NCBI GenBank assembly: GCA_964016885.1
Contig: OZ024758.1
Span: forward strand, 39,246,001-39,310,000
DNA: 64,000 nucleotides
Direction: 5' to 3'
Source: Eledone cirrhosa
Taxonomy: Eukaryota
Part shown: positions 1 to 15,300 of the stretch, piece after piece
How the letters are laid out: each line of letters starts with the position of its first letter
Position numbering within the stretch: the first letter of the stretch is position 1
Position numbers and translations under genes: made by a program
The notes under the pieces: generated by a model
What the model was told of the DNA's origin: nothing
The model's input: the letters and a program-made list of their open reading frames with translations, nothing else
Databases searched by the model: none

Positions 1-1520
1 AATACCATGAACTTAAATGAATTCTCACCAACATTGGAGTGACTTCTGACAGCTAATACCATGAACTTAAATGAATTCTCACCAACATTGGGGTTACTTC
101 TGACAGCTAGTACCATGAACTTAAATGAATTCTCACCAACAGTGGAGTGACTTCTGACAGCTAATACCATGAACTTAAATGAATTCTCACCAACATTGGA
201 GTGACTTCTGACAGCTAATACCATGAACTTAAATGAATTCTCACCAACATTGGGGTTACTTCTGACAGCTAGTACCATTAACTTAAATGAATTCTCACCA
301 ACAGTGGAGTTACTTCTGACAGCTAATACCATGACTTAAATGAATTCTCACCAACAGTGGAGTTACTTCTGACAGCTAATACCATGAACTTAAATGAATT
401 CTCACCAACAGTGGAGTTACTTCTGACAGCTAGTACCATGAACTTAAATGAATTCTCACCAACAGTGGAGTTACTTGTGACAGCTAATACCATGAACTTA
501 AATGAATTCTCACCAACATTGGAGTTACTTCTGACAGCTAGTACCATGAACCTAAATGAATTCTCACCAACAGTGGAGTTACTTCTGACAGCTAATACCA
601 TGAACTTAAATGAATTCTCACCAACAGTGGAGTTCCTTCTGACAGCTAATACCATGAACTTAAATGAATTCTCACCAACAGTGGAGTTACTTCTGACAGC
701 TAGTACCATGACTTAAATGAATTCTCACCAACATTGGAGTTACTTCTGACAGCTAGTACCATGAACTTAAATGAATTCTCACCAACATTGGAGTGACTTC
801 TGACAGCTAATACCATGAACTTAAATGAATTCTCACCAACATTGGGGTTACTTCTGACAGCTAGTACCATGAACTTAAATGAATTCTCACCAACAGTGGA
901 GTGACTTCTGACAGCTAATACCATGAACTTAAATGAATTCTCACCAACATTGGAGTGACTTCTGACAGCTAATACCATGAACTTAAATGAATTCTCACCA
1001 ACATTGGGGTTACTTCTGACAGCTAGTACCATTAACTTAAATGAATTCTCACCAACAGTGGAGTTACTTCTGACAGCTAATACCATGAACTTAAATGAAT
1101 TCTCACCAACAGTGGAGTTACTTCTGACAGCTAATACCATGAACTTAAATGAATTCTCACCAACAGTGGAGTTACTTCTGACAGCTAGTACCATGAACTT
1201 AAATGAATTCTCACCAACAGTGGAGTTACTTGTGACAGCTAATACCATGAACTTAAATGAATTCTCACCAACATTGGAGTTACTTCTGACAGCTAGTACC
1301 ATGAACCTAAATGAATTCTCACCAACAGTGGAGTTACTTCTGACAGCTAATACCATGAACTTAAATGAATTCTCACCAACAGTGGAGTTCCTTCTGACAG
1401 CTAATACCATGAACTTAAATGAATTCTCACCAACAGTGGAGTTACTTCTGACAGCTAGTACCATGACTTAAATGAATTCTCACCAACATTGGAGTTACTT
1501 CTGACAGCTAGTACCATGAA
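1..1520. repeat. Tandem duplication of a 14-monomer block (period 754-755 bp)
   Basis: Rare variants recur at a fixed offset: ACCATTAAC at 277/1031, TTGTGAC at 477/1232, and AACCTAAA at ~550/~1305. The GAGTGAC and TTGGGG alleles occur in the same order in both copies. Confidence 0.9.
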
Positions 1521-4099
1521 CTTAAATGAATTCTCACCAACAGTGGAGTTACTTCTGACAGCTAGTACCATGAACTTAAATGAATTCTCACCAACAATGG
1601 AGTTACTTCTGACAGCTAATACCATGACTTAAATGAATTCTCACCAACAGTGGAGTTACTTCTGACAGCTAATACCATGAACTTAAATGAATTCTCACCA
1701 ACAGTGGAGTAACTTCTGACAGCTAGTACCATGAACTTAAATGAATTCTCACCAACAGTGGAGTTACTTCTGACAGCTAATACCATGAACTTAAATGAAT
1801 TCTCACCAACAGTGGAGTTACTTCTGACAGCTAATACCATGAACTTAAATGAATTCTCACCAACAGTGGAGTTACTTCTGACAGCTAATACCATGAACTT
1901 AAATGAATTCTCACCAACAGTGGAGTTACTTCTGACAGCTAATACCATGAACTTAAATGAATTCTCACCAACATTGGAGTGACTTCTGACAGCTAATACC
2001 ATGAACTTAAATGAATTCTCACCAACATTGGGGTTACTTCTGACAGCTAGTACCATGAACTTAAATGAATTCTCACCAACAGTGAAGTTACTTCTGACAG
2101 CTAGTACCATGAACTTAAATGAATTCTCACCAACAGTGGAGTTACTTCTGACAGCTAATACCATGAACTTAAATGAATTCTCACCAACAGTGGAGTTACT
2201 TCTGACAGCTAATACCATGAACTTAAATGAATTCTCACCAACAGTGGAGTTCCTTCTGACAGCTAGTACCATGACTTAAATGAATTCTCACCAACAATGG
2301 AGTTACTTCTGACAGCTAATACCATGACTTAAATGAATTCTCACCAGCAGTGGAGTTACTTCTGACAGCTAATACCATGAACTTAAATGAATTCTCACCA
2401 ACAGTGGAGTTACTTCTGACAGCTAGTACCATGAACTTAAATGAATTCTCACCAACATTGGAGTTACTTCTGACAACTAATACCATGATTTAAATGAATT
2501 CTCACCAACAGTGGAGTTACTTCTGACAACTAATACCATGAACTTAACTGAATTCTCACCAACAGTGGAGTTACTTCTGACAGCTAGTACCATGAACTTA
2601 AATGAATTCTCACCAACAGTGGAGTTACTTCTGACAGCTAATACCATGAACTTAAATGAATTCTCACCAACAGTGGAGTTCCTTCTGACAGCTAATACCA
2701 TGAACTTAAATGAATTCTCACCAACATTGGAGTTACTTCTGACAGCTAGTACCATGACTTAAATGAATTCTCACCAACTTTGGAGTTACTCTGACAGCTA
2801 ATACCATGACTTAAATGAATTCTCACCAACAGTGGAGTTACTTTTGACAGCTAATACCATGAACTTAAATGAATTCTCACCAACAGTGGAGTTACGTCTG
2901 ACAGCTAGTACCATGAACTTAAATGAATTCTCACCAACATTGGAGTTACTTCTGACAACTAATACCATGACTTAAATGAATTCTCACCAACAGTGGAGTT
3001 ACTTCTGACAAACTAATACCATGAACTTAAATGAATTCTCACCAACAGTGTAGTTACTTCTGACAGCTAGTACCATGAACTTAAATGAATTCTCACCAAC
3101 AGTGGAGTTACTTCTGACAGCTAATACCATGAACTTAAATGAATTCTCACCAACATTGGAGTTACTTCTGACAGCTAGTACCATGAACTTAAATGAATTC
3201 TCACCAACATTGGAGTTACTTCTGACAGCTAGTACCATGAACTTAAATGAATTCTCACCAACAGTGGAGTTACTTCTGACAGCAAATACCATGAACATAA
3301 ATGAATTCTCACCAACAGTGGAGTTCCTTCTGACAGCTAATACCATGAACTTAAATGAATTCTCACCAACATTGGAGTTACTTCTGACAGCTAGTACCAT
3401 GACTTAAATGAATTCTCACCAACATTGGAGTTACTTCTGACAACTAATACCATGACTTAAATGAATTCTCACCAACAGTGGAGTTACTTCTGACAAACTA
3501 ATACCATGAACTTAAATGAATTCTCACCAACAGTGGAGTTACTTCTGACAGCTAGTACCATGAACTTAAATGAATTCTCACCAACAGTGGAGTTCCTTCT
3601 GACAGCTAATACCATGAACTTAAATGAATTCTCACCAACATTGGGGTTACTTCTGACAGCTAGTACCATGAACTTAAATGAATTCTCAACAACAGTGGAG
3701 TTACTTCTGACAGCTAATACCATGTACTTAAATGAATTCTCACCAACAGTGGAGTTACTTCTGACAGCTAATACCATGAACTTAAATGAATTCTCACCAA
3801 CAGTGGAGTTACTTCTGACAGCTAGTACCATGAACTTAAATGAATTCTCACCAACAGTGGAGTTACTTCTGACAGCTAATACCATGAACTTAAATGAATT
3901 CTCACCAACAGTGGAGTTACTTCTGACAGCTAATACCATGAACTTAAATGAATTCTCACCAACATTGGATTTACTTCTGACAGCTAGTACCATGAACCTA
4001 AATGAATTCTCACCAACAGTGGAGTTACTTCTGACAGCTAATACCATGAACTTAAATGAATTCTCACCAACAGTGGAGTTCCTTCTGACAGCTAATAGC

Positions 4100-7000
4100 A
4101 TGAACTTAAATGAATTCTCACCAACAGTGGAGTTACTTCTGACAGCTAGTACCATGACTTAAATGAATTCTCACCAACATTGGAGTTACTTCTGACAGCT
4201 AGTACCATGAACTTAAATGAATTCTCACCAACAGTGGAGTTACTTCTGACAGCTAGTACAATGAACTTAAATGAATTCTCACCAACAATGGAGTTACTTC
4301 TGACAGCTAATACCATGACTTAAATGAATTCTCACCAACAGTGGAGTTACTTCTGACAGCTAATACCATGAACTTAAATGAATTCTCACCAACAGTGGAG
4401 TTACTTCTGACAGCTAGTACCATGAACTTAAATGAATTCTCACCAACAGTGGAGTTACTTCTGACAGCTAGTACCATGAACTTAAATGAATTCTCACCAA
4501 CAGTGGAGTTACTTCTGACAGCTAATAAAATGAACTTAAATGAATTCTCACCAACATTGGAGTTACTTCTGACAGCTAGTACCATGAACTTAAATGAATT
4601 CTCACCAACAGTGGAGTTACTTCTGACAGCTAATACCATGAACTTAAATGAATTCTCACCAACAGTGGAGTTCCTTCTGACAGCTAATAGCATGAACTTA
4701 AATGAATTCTCACCAACAGTGGAGTTACTTCTGACAGCTAGTACCATGACTTAAATGAATTCTCACCAACATTGGAGTTACTTCTGACAGCTAGTACCAT
4801 GAACTTAAATGAATTCTCACCAACAGTGGAGTTACTTCTGACAGCTAGTACCATGAACTTAAATGAATTCTCACCAACAATGGAGTTACTTCTGACAGCT
4901 AATACCATGACTTAAATGAATTCTCACCAACAGTGGAGTTACTTCTGACAGCTAATACCATGAACTTAAATGAATTCTCACCAACAGTGGAGTTACTTCT
5001 GACAGCTAGTACCATGAACTTAAATGAATTCTCACCAACAGTGGAGTTACTTCTGACAGCTAGTACCATGAACTTAAATGAATTCTCACCAACAGTGGAG
5101 TTACTTCTGACAGCTAATACCATGAACTTAAATGAATTCTCACCAACAGTGGAGTTACTTCTGACAGCTAATAAAATGAACTTAAATGAATTCTCACCAA
5201 CATTGGAGTTACTTCTGACAGCTAGTACCATGAACTTAAATGAATTCTCACCAACAGTGGAGTTACTTCTGACAGCTAATACCATGAACTTAAATGAATT
5301 CTCACCAACAGTGGAGTTCCTTCTGACAGCTAATACCATGAACTTAAATGAATTCTCACCAACAGTGGAGTTACTTCTGACAGCTAGTACCATGACTTAA
5401 ATGAATTCTCACCAACATTGGAGTTACTTCTGACAGCTAATACCATGAACTTAAATGAATACTCACCAACAGTGGAGTTCCTTCTGACAGCTAGTACCAT
5501 GAACTTAAATGAATTCTCACCAACAGTGGAGTTACTTCTGACAGCTAGTACCATGAACTTAAATGAATTCTCACCAACAGTGGAGTTACTTCTGACAGCT
5601 AATACCATGAACTTAAATGAATTCTCACCAACAGTGGAGTTACTTCTGACAGCTAGTACCATGACTTAAATGAATTCTCACCAACAATGGAGTTACTTCT
5701 GACAGCTAATACCATGACTTAAATGAATTCTCACCAGCAGTGGAGTTACTTCTGACAGCTAATACCATGAACTTAAATGAATTCTCACCAACAGTGGAGT
5801 TACTTCTGACAGCTAGTACCATGAACTTAAATGAATTCTCACCAACAGTGGAGTTACTTCTGACAGCTAGTACCATGAACTTAAATGAATTCTCACCAAC
5901 ATTGGAGTTACTTCTGACAACTAATACCATGATTTTAATGAATTCTCACCAACAGTGGAGTTACTTCTGACAACTAATACCATGAACTTAACTGAATTCT
6001 CACCAACAGTGGAGTTACTTCTGACAGCTAGTACCATGAACTTAAATGAATTCTCACCAACATTGGAGTGACTTCTGACAGCTAGTACCATGAACTTAAC
6101 TGAATTCTCACCAACAGTGGAGTTACTTCTGACAGCTAGTACCATGAACTTAAATGAATTCTCACCAACAGTGGAGTTACTTCTGACAGCTAATACCATG
6201 AACTTAAATGAATTCTCACCAACAGTGGAGTTCCTTCTGACAGCTAATACCATGAACTTAAATGAATTCTCACCAACATTGGAGTTACTTCTGACAGCTA
6301 GTACCATGACTTAAATGAATTCTCACCAACTTTGGAGTTACTTCTGACAGCTAATACCATGACTTAAATGAATTCTCACCAACAGTGGAGTTACTTCTGA
6401 CAGCTAATACCATGAACTTAAATGAATTCTCACCAACATTGGAGTTACTTCTGACAGCTAGTACCATGAACTTAAATGAATTCTCACCAACAGTGGAGTT
6501 ACTTCTGACAGCTAATACCATGAACTTAAATGAATTCTCACCAACAGTGGAGTTCCTTCTGACAGCTAATACCATGAACTTAAATGAATTCTCACCAACA
6601 TTGGAGTTACTTCTGACAGCTAGTACCATGATTTAAATGAATTCTCACCAACATTGGAGTTACTTCTGACAACTAATACCATGACTTAAATGAATTCTCA
6701 CCAACAGTGCAGTTACTTCTGACAGCTAATACCATGAACTTAAATGAATTCTCACCAACAGTGGAGTTACTTCTGACAGCTAGTACCATGACTTAAATGA
6801 ATTCTCACCAACATTGGAGTTACTTCTGACAGCTAGTACCATGAACTTAAATGAATTCTCACCAACAGTGGAGTTACTTCTGACAGCTAGTACAATGAAC
6901 TTAAATGAATTCTCACCAACAATGGAGTTACTTCTGACAGCTAATACCATGACTTAAATGAATTCTCACCAACAGTGGAGTTACTTCTGACAGCTAATAC

Positions 7001-9395
7001 CATGAACTTAAATGAATTCTCACCAACAGTGGAGTTACTTCTGACAGCTAGTACCATGAACTTAAATGAATTCTCACCAACAGTGGAGTTACTTCTGACA
7101 GCTAGTACCATGAACTTAAATGAATTCTCACCAACAGTGGAGTTACTTCTGACAGCTAATAAAATGAACTTAAATGAATTCTCACCAACATTGGAGTTAC
7201 TTCTGACAGCTAGTACCATGAACTTAAATGAATTCTCACCAACAGTGGAGTTACTTCTGACAGCTAATACCATGAACTTAAATGAATTCTCACCAACAGT
7301 GGAGTTCCTTCTGACAGCTAATAGCATGAACTTAAATGAATTCTCACCAACAGTGGAGTTACTTCTGACAGCTAGTACCATGACTTAAATGAATTCTCAC
7401 CAACATTGGAGTTACTTCTGACAGCTAGTACCATGAACTTAAATGAATTCTCACCAACAGTGGAGTTACTTCTGACAGCTAGTACCATGAACTTAAATGA
7501 ATTCTCACCAACAATGGAGTTACTTCTGACAGCTAATACCATGACTTAAATGAATTCTCACCAACAGTGGAGTTACTTCTGACAGCTAATACCATGAACT
7601 TAAATGAATTCTCACCAACAGTGGAGTTACTTCTGACAGCTAGTACCATGAACTTAAATGAATTCTCACCAACAGTGGAGTTACTTCTGACAGCTAGTAC
7701 CATGAACTTAAATGAATTCTCACCAACAGTGGAGTTACTTCTGACAGCTAATACCATGAACTTAAATGAATTCTCACCAACAGTGGAGTTACTTCTGACA
7801 GCTAATAACATGAACTTAAATGAATTCTCACCAACATTGGAGTTACTTCTGACAGCTAGTACCATGAACTTAAATGAATTCTCACCAACAGTGGAGTTAC
7901 TTCTGACAGCTAATACCATGAACTTAAATGAATTCTCACCAACAGTGGAGTTCCTTCTGACAGCTAATACCATGAACTTAAATGAATTCTCACCAACAGT
8001 GGAGTTACTTCTGACAGCTAGTACCATGACTTAAATGAATTCTCACCAACATTGGAGTTACTTCTGACAGCTAATACCATGAACTTAAATGAATACTCAC
8101 CAACAGTGGAGTTCCTTCTGACAGCTAGTACCATGAACTTAAATGAATTCTCACCAACAGTGGAGTTACTTCTGACAGCTAGTACCATGAACTTAAATGA
8201 ATTCTCACCAACAGTGGAGTTACTTCTGACAGCTAATACCATGAACTTAAATGAATTCTCACCAACAGTGGAGTTACTTCTGACAGCTAGTACCATGACT
8301 TAAATGAATTCTCACCAACAATGGAGTTACTTCTGACAGCTAATACCATGACTTAAATGAATTCTCACCAGCAGTGGAGTTACTTCTGACAGCTAATACC
8401 ATGAACTTAAATGAATTCTCACCAACAGTGGAGTTACTTCTGACAGCTAGTACCATGAACTTAAATGAATTCTCACCAACAGTGGAGTTACTTCTGACAG
8501 CTAGTACCATGAACTTAAATGAATTCTCACCAACATTGGAGTTACTTCTGACAACTAATACCATGATTTTAATGAATTCTCACCAACAGTGGAGTTACTT
8601 CTGACAACTAATACCATGAACTTAACTGAATTCTCACCAACAGTGGAGTTACTTCTGACAGCTAGTACCATGAACTTAAATGAATTCTCACCAACATTGG
8701 AGTGACTTCTGACAGCTAGTACCATGAACTTAACTGAATTCTCACCAACAGTGGAGTTACTTCTGACAGCTAGTACCATGAACTTAAATGAATTCTCACC
8801 AACAGTGGAGTTACTTCTGACAGCTAATACCATGAACTTAAATGAATTCTCACCAACAGTGGAGTTCCTTCTGACAGCTAATACCATGAACTTAAATGAA
8901 TTCTCACCAACATTGGAGTTACTTCTGACAGCTAGTACCATGACTTAAATGAATTCTCACCAACTTTGGAGTTACTTCTGACAGCTAATACCATGACTTA
9001 AATGAATTCTCACCAACAGTGGAGTTACTTCTGACAGCTAATACCATGAACTTAAATGAATTCTCACCAACATTGGAGTTACTTCTGACAGCTAGTACCA
9101 TGAACTTAAATGAATTCTCACCAACAGTGGAGTTACTTCTGACAGCTAATACCATGAACTTAAATGAATTCTCACCAACAGTGGAGTTCCTTCTGACAGC
9201 TAATACCATGAACTTAAATGAATTCTCACCAACATTGGAGTTACTTCTGACAGCTAGTACCATGATTTAAATGAATTCTCACCAACATTGGAGTTACTTC
9301 TGACAACTAATACCATGACTTAAATGAATTCTCACCAACAGTGCAGTTACTTCTGACAGCTAATACCATGAACTTAAATGAATTCTCACCAACAT
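4100..9395. repeat. Tandem duplication of a 49-monomer block (period 2634 bp)
   Basis: TACAATG occurs at 4257/6891 and GTGCAG at 6710/9344. ORF pairs 4307/6941, 4899/7533, 5384/8018, 5706/8340, 5921/8555 and 6351/8985 all differ by 2634. Confidence 0.95.
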
Positions 9396-12300
9396 TGGAG
9401 TTACTTCTGACAGCTAGTACCATGAACTTAAATGAATTCTCACCAACAGTGGAGTTACTTCTGACAGCTAATACCATGAACTTAAATGAATTCTCACCAA
9501 CAGTGGAGTTCCTTCTGACAGCTAATACCATGAACTTAAATGAATTCTCACCAACAGTGGAGTTACTTCTGACAGCTAGTACCATGACTTAAATGAATTC
9601 TCACCAACATTGGAGTTACTTCTGACAGCTAATACCATGAACTTAAATGAATTCTCACCAACAGTGGAGTTCCTTCTGACAGCTAGTACCATGAACTTAA
9701 ATGAATTCTCACCAACAGTGGAGTTACTTCTGACAGCTAGTACCATGAACTTAAATGAATTCTCACCAACAGTGGAGTTACTTCTGACAGCTAATACCAT
9801 GAACTTAAATGAATTCTCACCAACAGTGGAGTTCCTTCTGACAGCTAATACCATGAACTTAAATGAATTCTCACCAACAGTGGAGTTACTTCTGACAGCT
9901 AGTACCATGACTTAAATGAATTCTCACCAACAATGTAGTTACTTCTGACAGCTAATACCATGACTTAAATGAATTCTCACCAGCAGTGGAGTTACTTCTG
10001 ACAGCTAATACCATGAACTTAAATGAATTCTCACCAACAGTGGAGTTACTTCTGACAGCTAGTACCATGAACTTAAATGAATTCTCACCAACATTGGAGT
10101 TACTTCTGACAACTAATACCATGATTTAAATGAATTCTCACCAACAGTGGAGTTACTTCTGACAACTAATACCATGAACTTAAATGAATTCTCACCAACA
10201 GTGGAGTTACTTCTGACAGCTAATACCATGAACTTAAATGAATTCTCACCAACATTGGAGTTACTTCTGACAGCTAATACCATGACTTAAATGAATTCTC
10301 ACCAACAGTGGAGTTACTTCTGACAGCTAATACCATGAACTTAAATGAATTCTCACCAACATTGGAGTTACTTCTGACAGCTAGTACCATGAACTTAAAT
10401 GAATACTCACCAACAGTGGAGTTACTTCTGACAGCTAATACCATGAACTTAAATGAATTCTCACCAACAGTGGAGTTCCTTCTGACAGCTAATACCATGA
10501 ACTTAAATGAATTCTCACCAACATTGGAGTTACTTCTGACAGCTAGTACCATGACTTAAATGAATTCTCACCAACATTGGAGTTACTTCTGACAACTAAT
10601 ACCATGACTTAAATGAATTCTCACCAACAGTGGAGTTACTTCTGACAGCTAGTACCATGAACTTAAATGAATTCTCACCAACAGTGGAGTTCCTTCTGAC
10701 AGCTAATACCATGAACTTAAATGAATTCTCACCAACATTGGGGTTACTTCTGACAGCTAGTACCATGAACTTAAATGAATTCTCACCAACAGTGGAGTTA
10801 CTTCTGACAGCTAATACCATGAACTTAAATGAATTCTCACCAACAGTGGAGTTACTTCTGACAGCTAATACCATGAACTTAAATGAATTCTCACCATCAG
10901 TGGAGTTACTTCTGACAGCTAGTACCATGAACTTAAATGAATTCTCACCAACAGTGGAGTTACTTCTGACAGCTAATACCATGAACTTAAATGAATTATC
11001 ACCAACAGTGGAGTTACTTCTGACAGCTAATACCATGAACTTAAATGAATTCTCGCCCACATTGGAGTTACTTCTGACAGCTAGTACCATGAACCTAAAT
11101 GAATTCTCACCAACAGTGGAGTTACTTCTGACAGCTAATACCATGAACTTAAATGAATTCTCACCAACAGTGGAGTTCCTTCTGACAGCTAATACCATGA
11201 ACTTAAATGAATTCTCACCAACAGTGGAGTTACTTCTGACAGCTAGTACCATGACTTAAATGAATTCTCACCAACATTGGAGTTACTTCTGACAGCTAGT
11301 ACCATGAACTTAAATGAATTCTCACCAACAGTGGAGTTCCTTCTGACAGCTAATACCATGAACTTAAATGAATTCTCACCAACATTGGAGTTACTTCTGA
11401 CAGCTAGTACCATGACTTAAATGAATTCTCACCAACTTTGGAGTTACTTCTGACAGCTAATACCATGACTTAAATGAATTCTCACCAACAGTGGAGTTAC
11501 TTCTGACAGCTAATACCATGAACTTAAATGAATTCTCACCAACAGTGGAGTTACGTCTGACAGCTAGTACCATGAACTTAAATGAATTCTCACCAACATT
11601 GGAGTTACTTCTGACAACTAATACCATGACTTAAATGAATTTTCACCAACAGTGGAGTTACTTCTGACAAACTAATACCATGAACTTAAATGAATTCTCA
11701 CCAACAGTGGAGTTACTTCTGACAGCTAGTACCATGAACTTAAATGAATTCTCACCAACAGTGGAGTTACTTCTGACAGCTAATACCATGAACTTAAATG
11801 AATTCTCACCAACAGTGGAGTTACTTCTGACAGCTAATACCATGAACTTAAATGAATTCTCACCAACATTGGAGTTACTTCTGACAGCTAATACCATGAC
11901 TTAAATGAATTCTCACCAACAGTGGAGTTACTTCTGACAGCTAATACCATGAACTTAAATGAATTCTCACCAACAGTGGAGTTCCTTCTGACAGCTAATA
12001 CCATGAACTTAAATGAATTCTCACCAACATTGGAGTTACTTCTGACAGCTAGTACCATGACTTAAATGAATTCTCACCAACAATGGAGTTACTTCTGACA
12101 GCTAATACCATGACTTAAATGAATTCTCACCAGCAGTGGAGTTACTTCTGACAGCTAATACCATGAACTTAAATGAATTCTCACCAACAGTGGAGTTACT
12201 TCTGACAGCTAGTACCATGAACTTAAATGAATTCTCACCAACATTGGAGTGACTTCTGACAGCTAGTACCATGAACTTAACTGAATTCTCACCAACAGTG

Positions 12301-15300
12301 GAGTTACTTCTGACAGCTAGTACCATGACTTAAATGAATTCTCACCAACTTTGGAGTTACTTCTGACAGCTAATACCATGACTTAAATGAATTCTCACCA
12401 ACAGTGGAGTTACTTCTGACAGCTAATACCATGAACTTAAATGAATTCTCACCAACATTGGAGTTACTTCTGACAGCTAGTACCATGAACTTAAATGAAT
12501 TCTCACCAACAGTGGAGTTACTTCTGACAGCTAATACCATGAACTTAAATGAATTCTCACCAACAGTGGAGTTCCATCTGACAGCTAATACCATGAACTT
12601 AAATGAATTCTCACCAACATTGGAGTTACTTCTGACAGCTAGTACCATGATTTAAATGAATTCTCACCAACATTGGAGTTACTTCTGACAACTAATACCA
12701 TGACTTAAATGAATTCTCACCAACAGTGCAGTTACTTCTGACAGCTAATACCATGAACTTAAATGAATTCTCACCAACATTGGAGTTACTTCTGACAGCT
12801 AGTACCATGAACTTAAATGAATTCTCACCAACAGTGGAGTTACTTCTGACAGCTAATACCATGAACTTAAATGAATTCTCACCAACAGTGGAGTTCCTTC
12901 TGACAGCTAATACCATGAACTTAAATGAATTCTCACCAACAGTGGAGTTACTTCTGACAGCTAGTACCATGACTTAAATGAATTCTCACCAACATTGGAG
13001 TTACTTCTGACAGCTAATACCATGAACTTAAATGAATTCTCACCAACAGTGGAGTTCCTTCTGACAGCTAGTACCATGAACTTAAATGAATTCTCACCAA
13101 CAGTGGAGTTACTTCTGACAGCTAGTACCATGAACTTAAATGAATTCTCACCAACAGTGGAGTTACTTCTGACAGCTAATACCATGAACTTAAATGAATT
13201 CTCACCAACAGTGGAGTTCCTTCTGACAGCTAATACCATGAACTTAAATGAATTCTCACCAACAGTGGAGTTACTTCTGACAGCTAGTACCATGACTTAA
13301 ATGAATTCTCACCAACAATGGAGTTACTTCTGACAGCTAATACCATGACTTAAATGAATTCTCACCAGCAGTGGAGTTACTTCTGACAGCTAATACCATG
13401 AACTTAAATGAATTCTCACCAACAGTGGAGTTACTTCTGACAGCTGGTACCATGAACTTAAATGAATTCTCACGAACATTGGAGTTACTTCTGACAACTA
13501 ATACCATGATTTAAATGAATTCTCACCAACAGTGGAGTTACTTCTGACAACTAATACCATGAACTTAAATGAATTCTCACCAACAGTGGAGTTACTTCTG
13601 ACAGCTAATACCATGAACTTAAATGAATTCTCACCAACATTGGAGTTACTTCTGACAGCTAATACCATGACTTAAATGAATTCTCACCAACAGTGGAGTT
13701 ACTTCTGACAGCTAGTACCATGAACTTAAATGAATTCTCACCAACATTGGAGTTACTTCTGACAACTAATACCATGATTTAAATGAATTCTCACCAACAG
13801 TGGAGTTACTTCTGACAGCTAATACCATGACTTAAATGAATTCTCACCAACAGTGGAGTTACTTCTGACAGCTAATACCATGAACTTAAATGAATTCTCA
13901 CCAACATTGGAGTTACTTCTGACAGCTAGTACCATGAACTTAAATGAATACTCACCAACAGTGGAGTTACTTCTGACAGCTAATACCATGAACTTAAATG
14001 AATTCTCACCAACAGTGGAGTTCCTTCTGACAGCTAATACCATGAACTTAAATGAATTCTCACCAACATTGGAGTTACTTCTGACAGCTAGTACCATGAC
14101 TTAAATGAATTCTCACCAACATTGGAGTTACTTCTGACAACTAATACCATGACTTAAATGAATTCTCACCAACAGTGGAGTTACTTCTGACAGCTAGTAC
14201 CATGAACTTAAATGAATTCTCACCAACAGTGGAGTTCCTTCTGACAGCTAATACCATGAACTTAAATGAATTCTCACCAACATTGGGGTTACTTCTGACA
14301 GCTAGTACCATGAACTTAAATGAATTCTCACCAACAGTGGAGTTACTTCTGACAGCTAATACCATGAACTTAAATGAATTCTCACCAACAGTGGAGTTAC
14401 TTCTGACAGCTAATACCATGAACTTAAATGAATTCTCACCAACAGTGGAGTTACTTCTGACAGCTAGTACCATGAACTTAAATGAATTCTCACCAACAGT
14501 GGAGTTACTTCTGACAGCTAATACCATGAACTTAAATGAATTATCACCAACAGTGGAGTTACTTCTGACAGCTAATACCATGAACTTAAATGAATTCTCG
14601 CCCACATTGGAGTTACTTCTGACAGCTAGTACCATGAACCTAAATGAATTCTCACCAACAGTGGAGTTACTTCTGACAGCTAATACCATGAACTTAAATG
14701 AATTCTCACCAACAGTGGAGTTCCTTCTGACAGCTAATACCATGAACTTAAATGAATTCTCACCAACAGTGGAGTTACTTCTGACAGCTAGTACCATGAC
14801 TTAAATGAATTCTCACCAACATTGGAGTTACTTCTGACAGCTAGTACCATGAACTTAAATGAATTCTCACCAACAGTGGAGTTCCTTCTGACAGCTAATA
14901 CCATGAACTTAAATGAATTCTCACCAACATTGGAGTTACTTCTGACAGCTAGTACCATGACTTAAATGAATTCTCACCAACTTTGGAGTTACTTCTGACA
15001 GCTAATACCATGACTTAAATGAATTCTCACCAACAGTGGAGTTACTTCTGACAGCTAATACCATGAACTTAAATGAATTCTCACCAACAGTGGAGTTACG
15101 TCTGACAGCTAGTACCATGAACTTAAATGAATTCTCACCAACATTGGAGTTACTTCTGACAACTAATACCATGACTTAAATGAATTTTCACCAACAGTGG
15201 AGTTACTTCTGACAAACTAATACCATGAACTTAAATGAATTCTCACCAACAGTGGAGTTACTTCTGACAGCTAGTACCATGAACTTAAATGAATTCTCAC

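Noticed and set aside
2785-2795. Singleton 1-bp deletion (TTACTCTGAC), and likewise the singleton T insertion at ~36455
   Set aside because: These are unreplicated single-base indels that cannot be distinguished from sequencing or consensus error. They were used only for offset bookkeeping.
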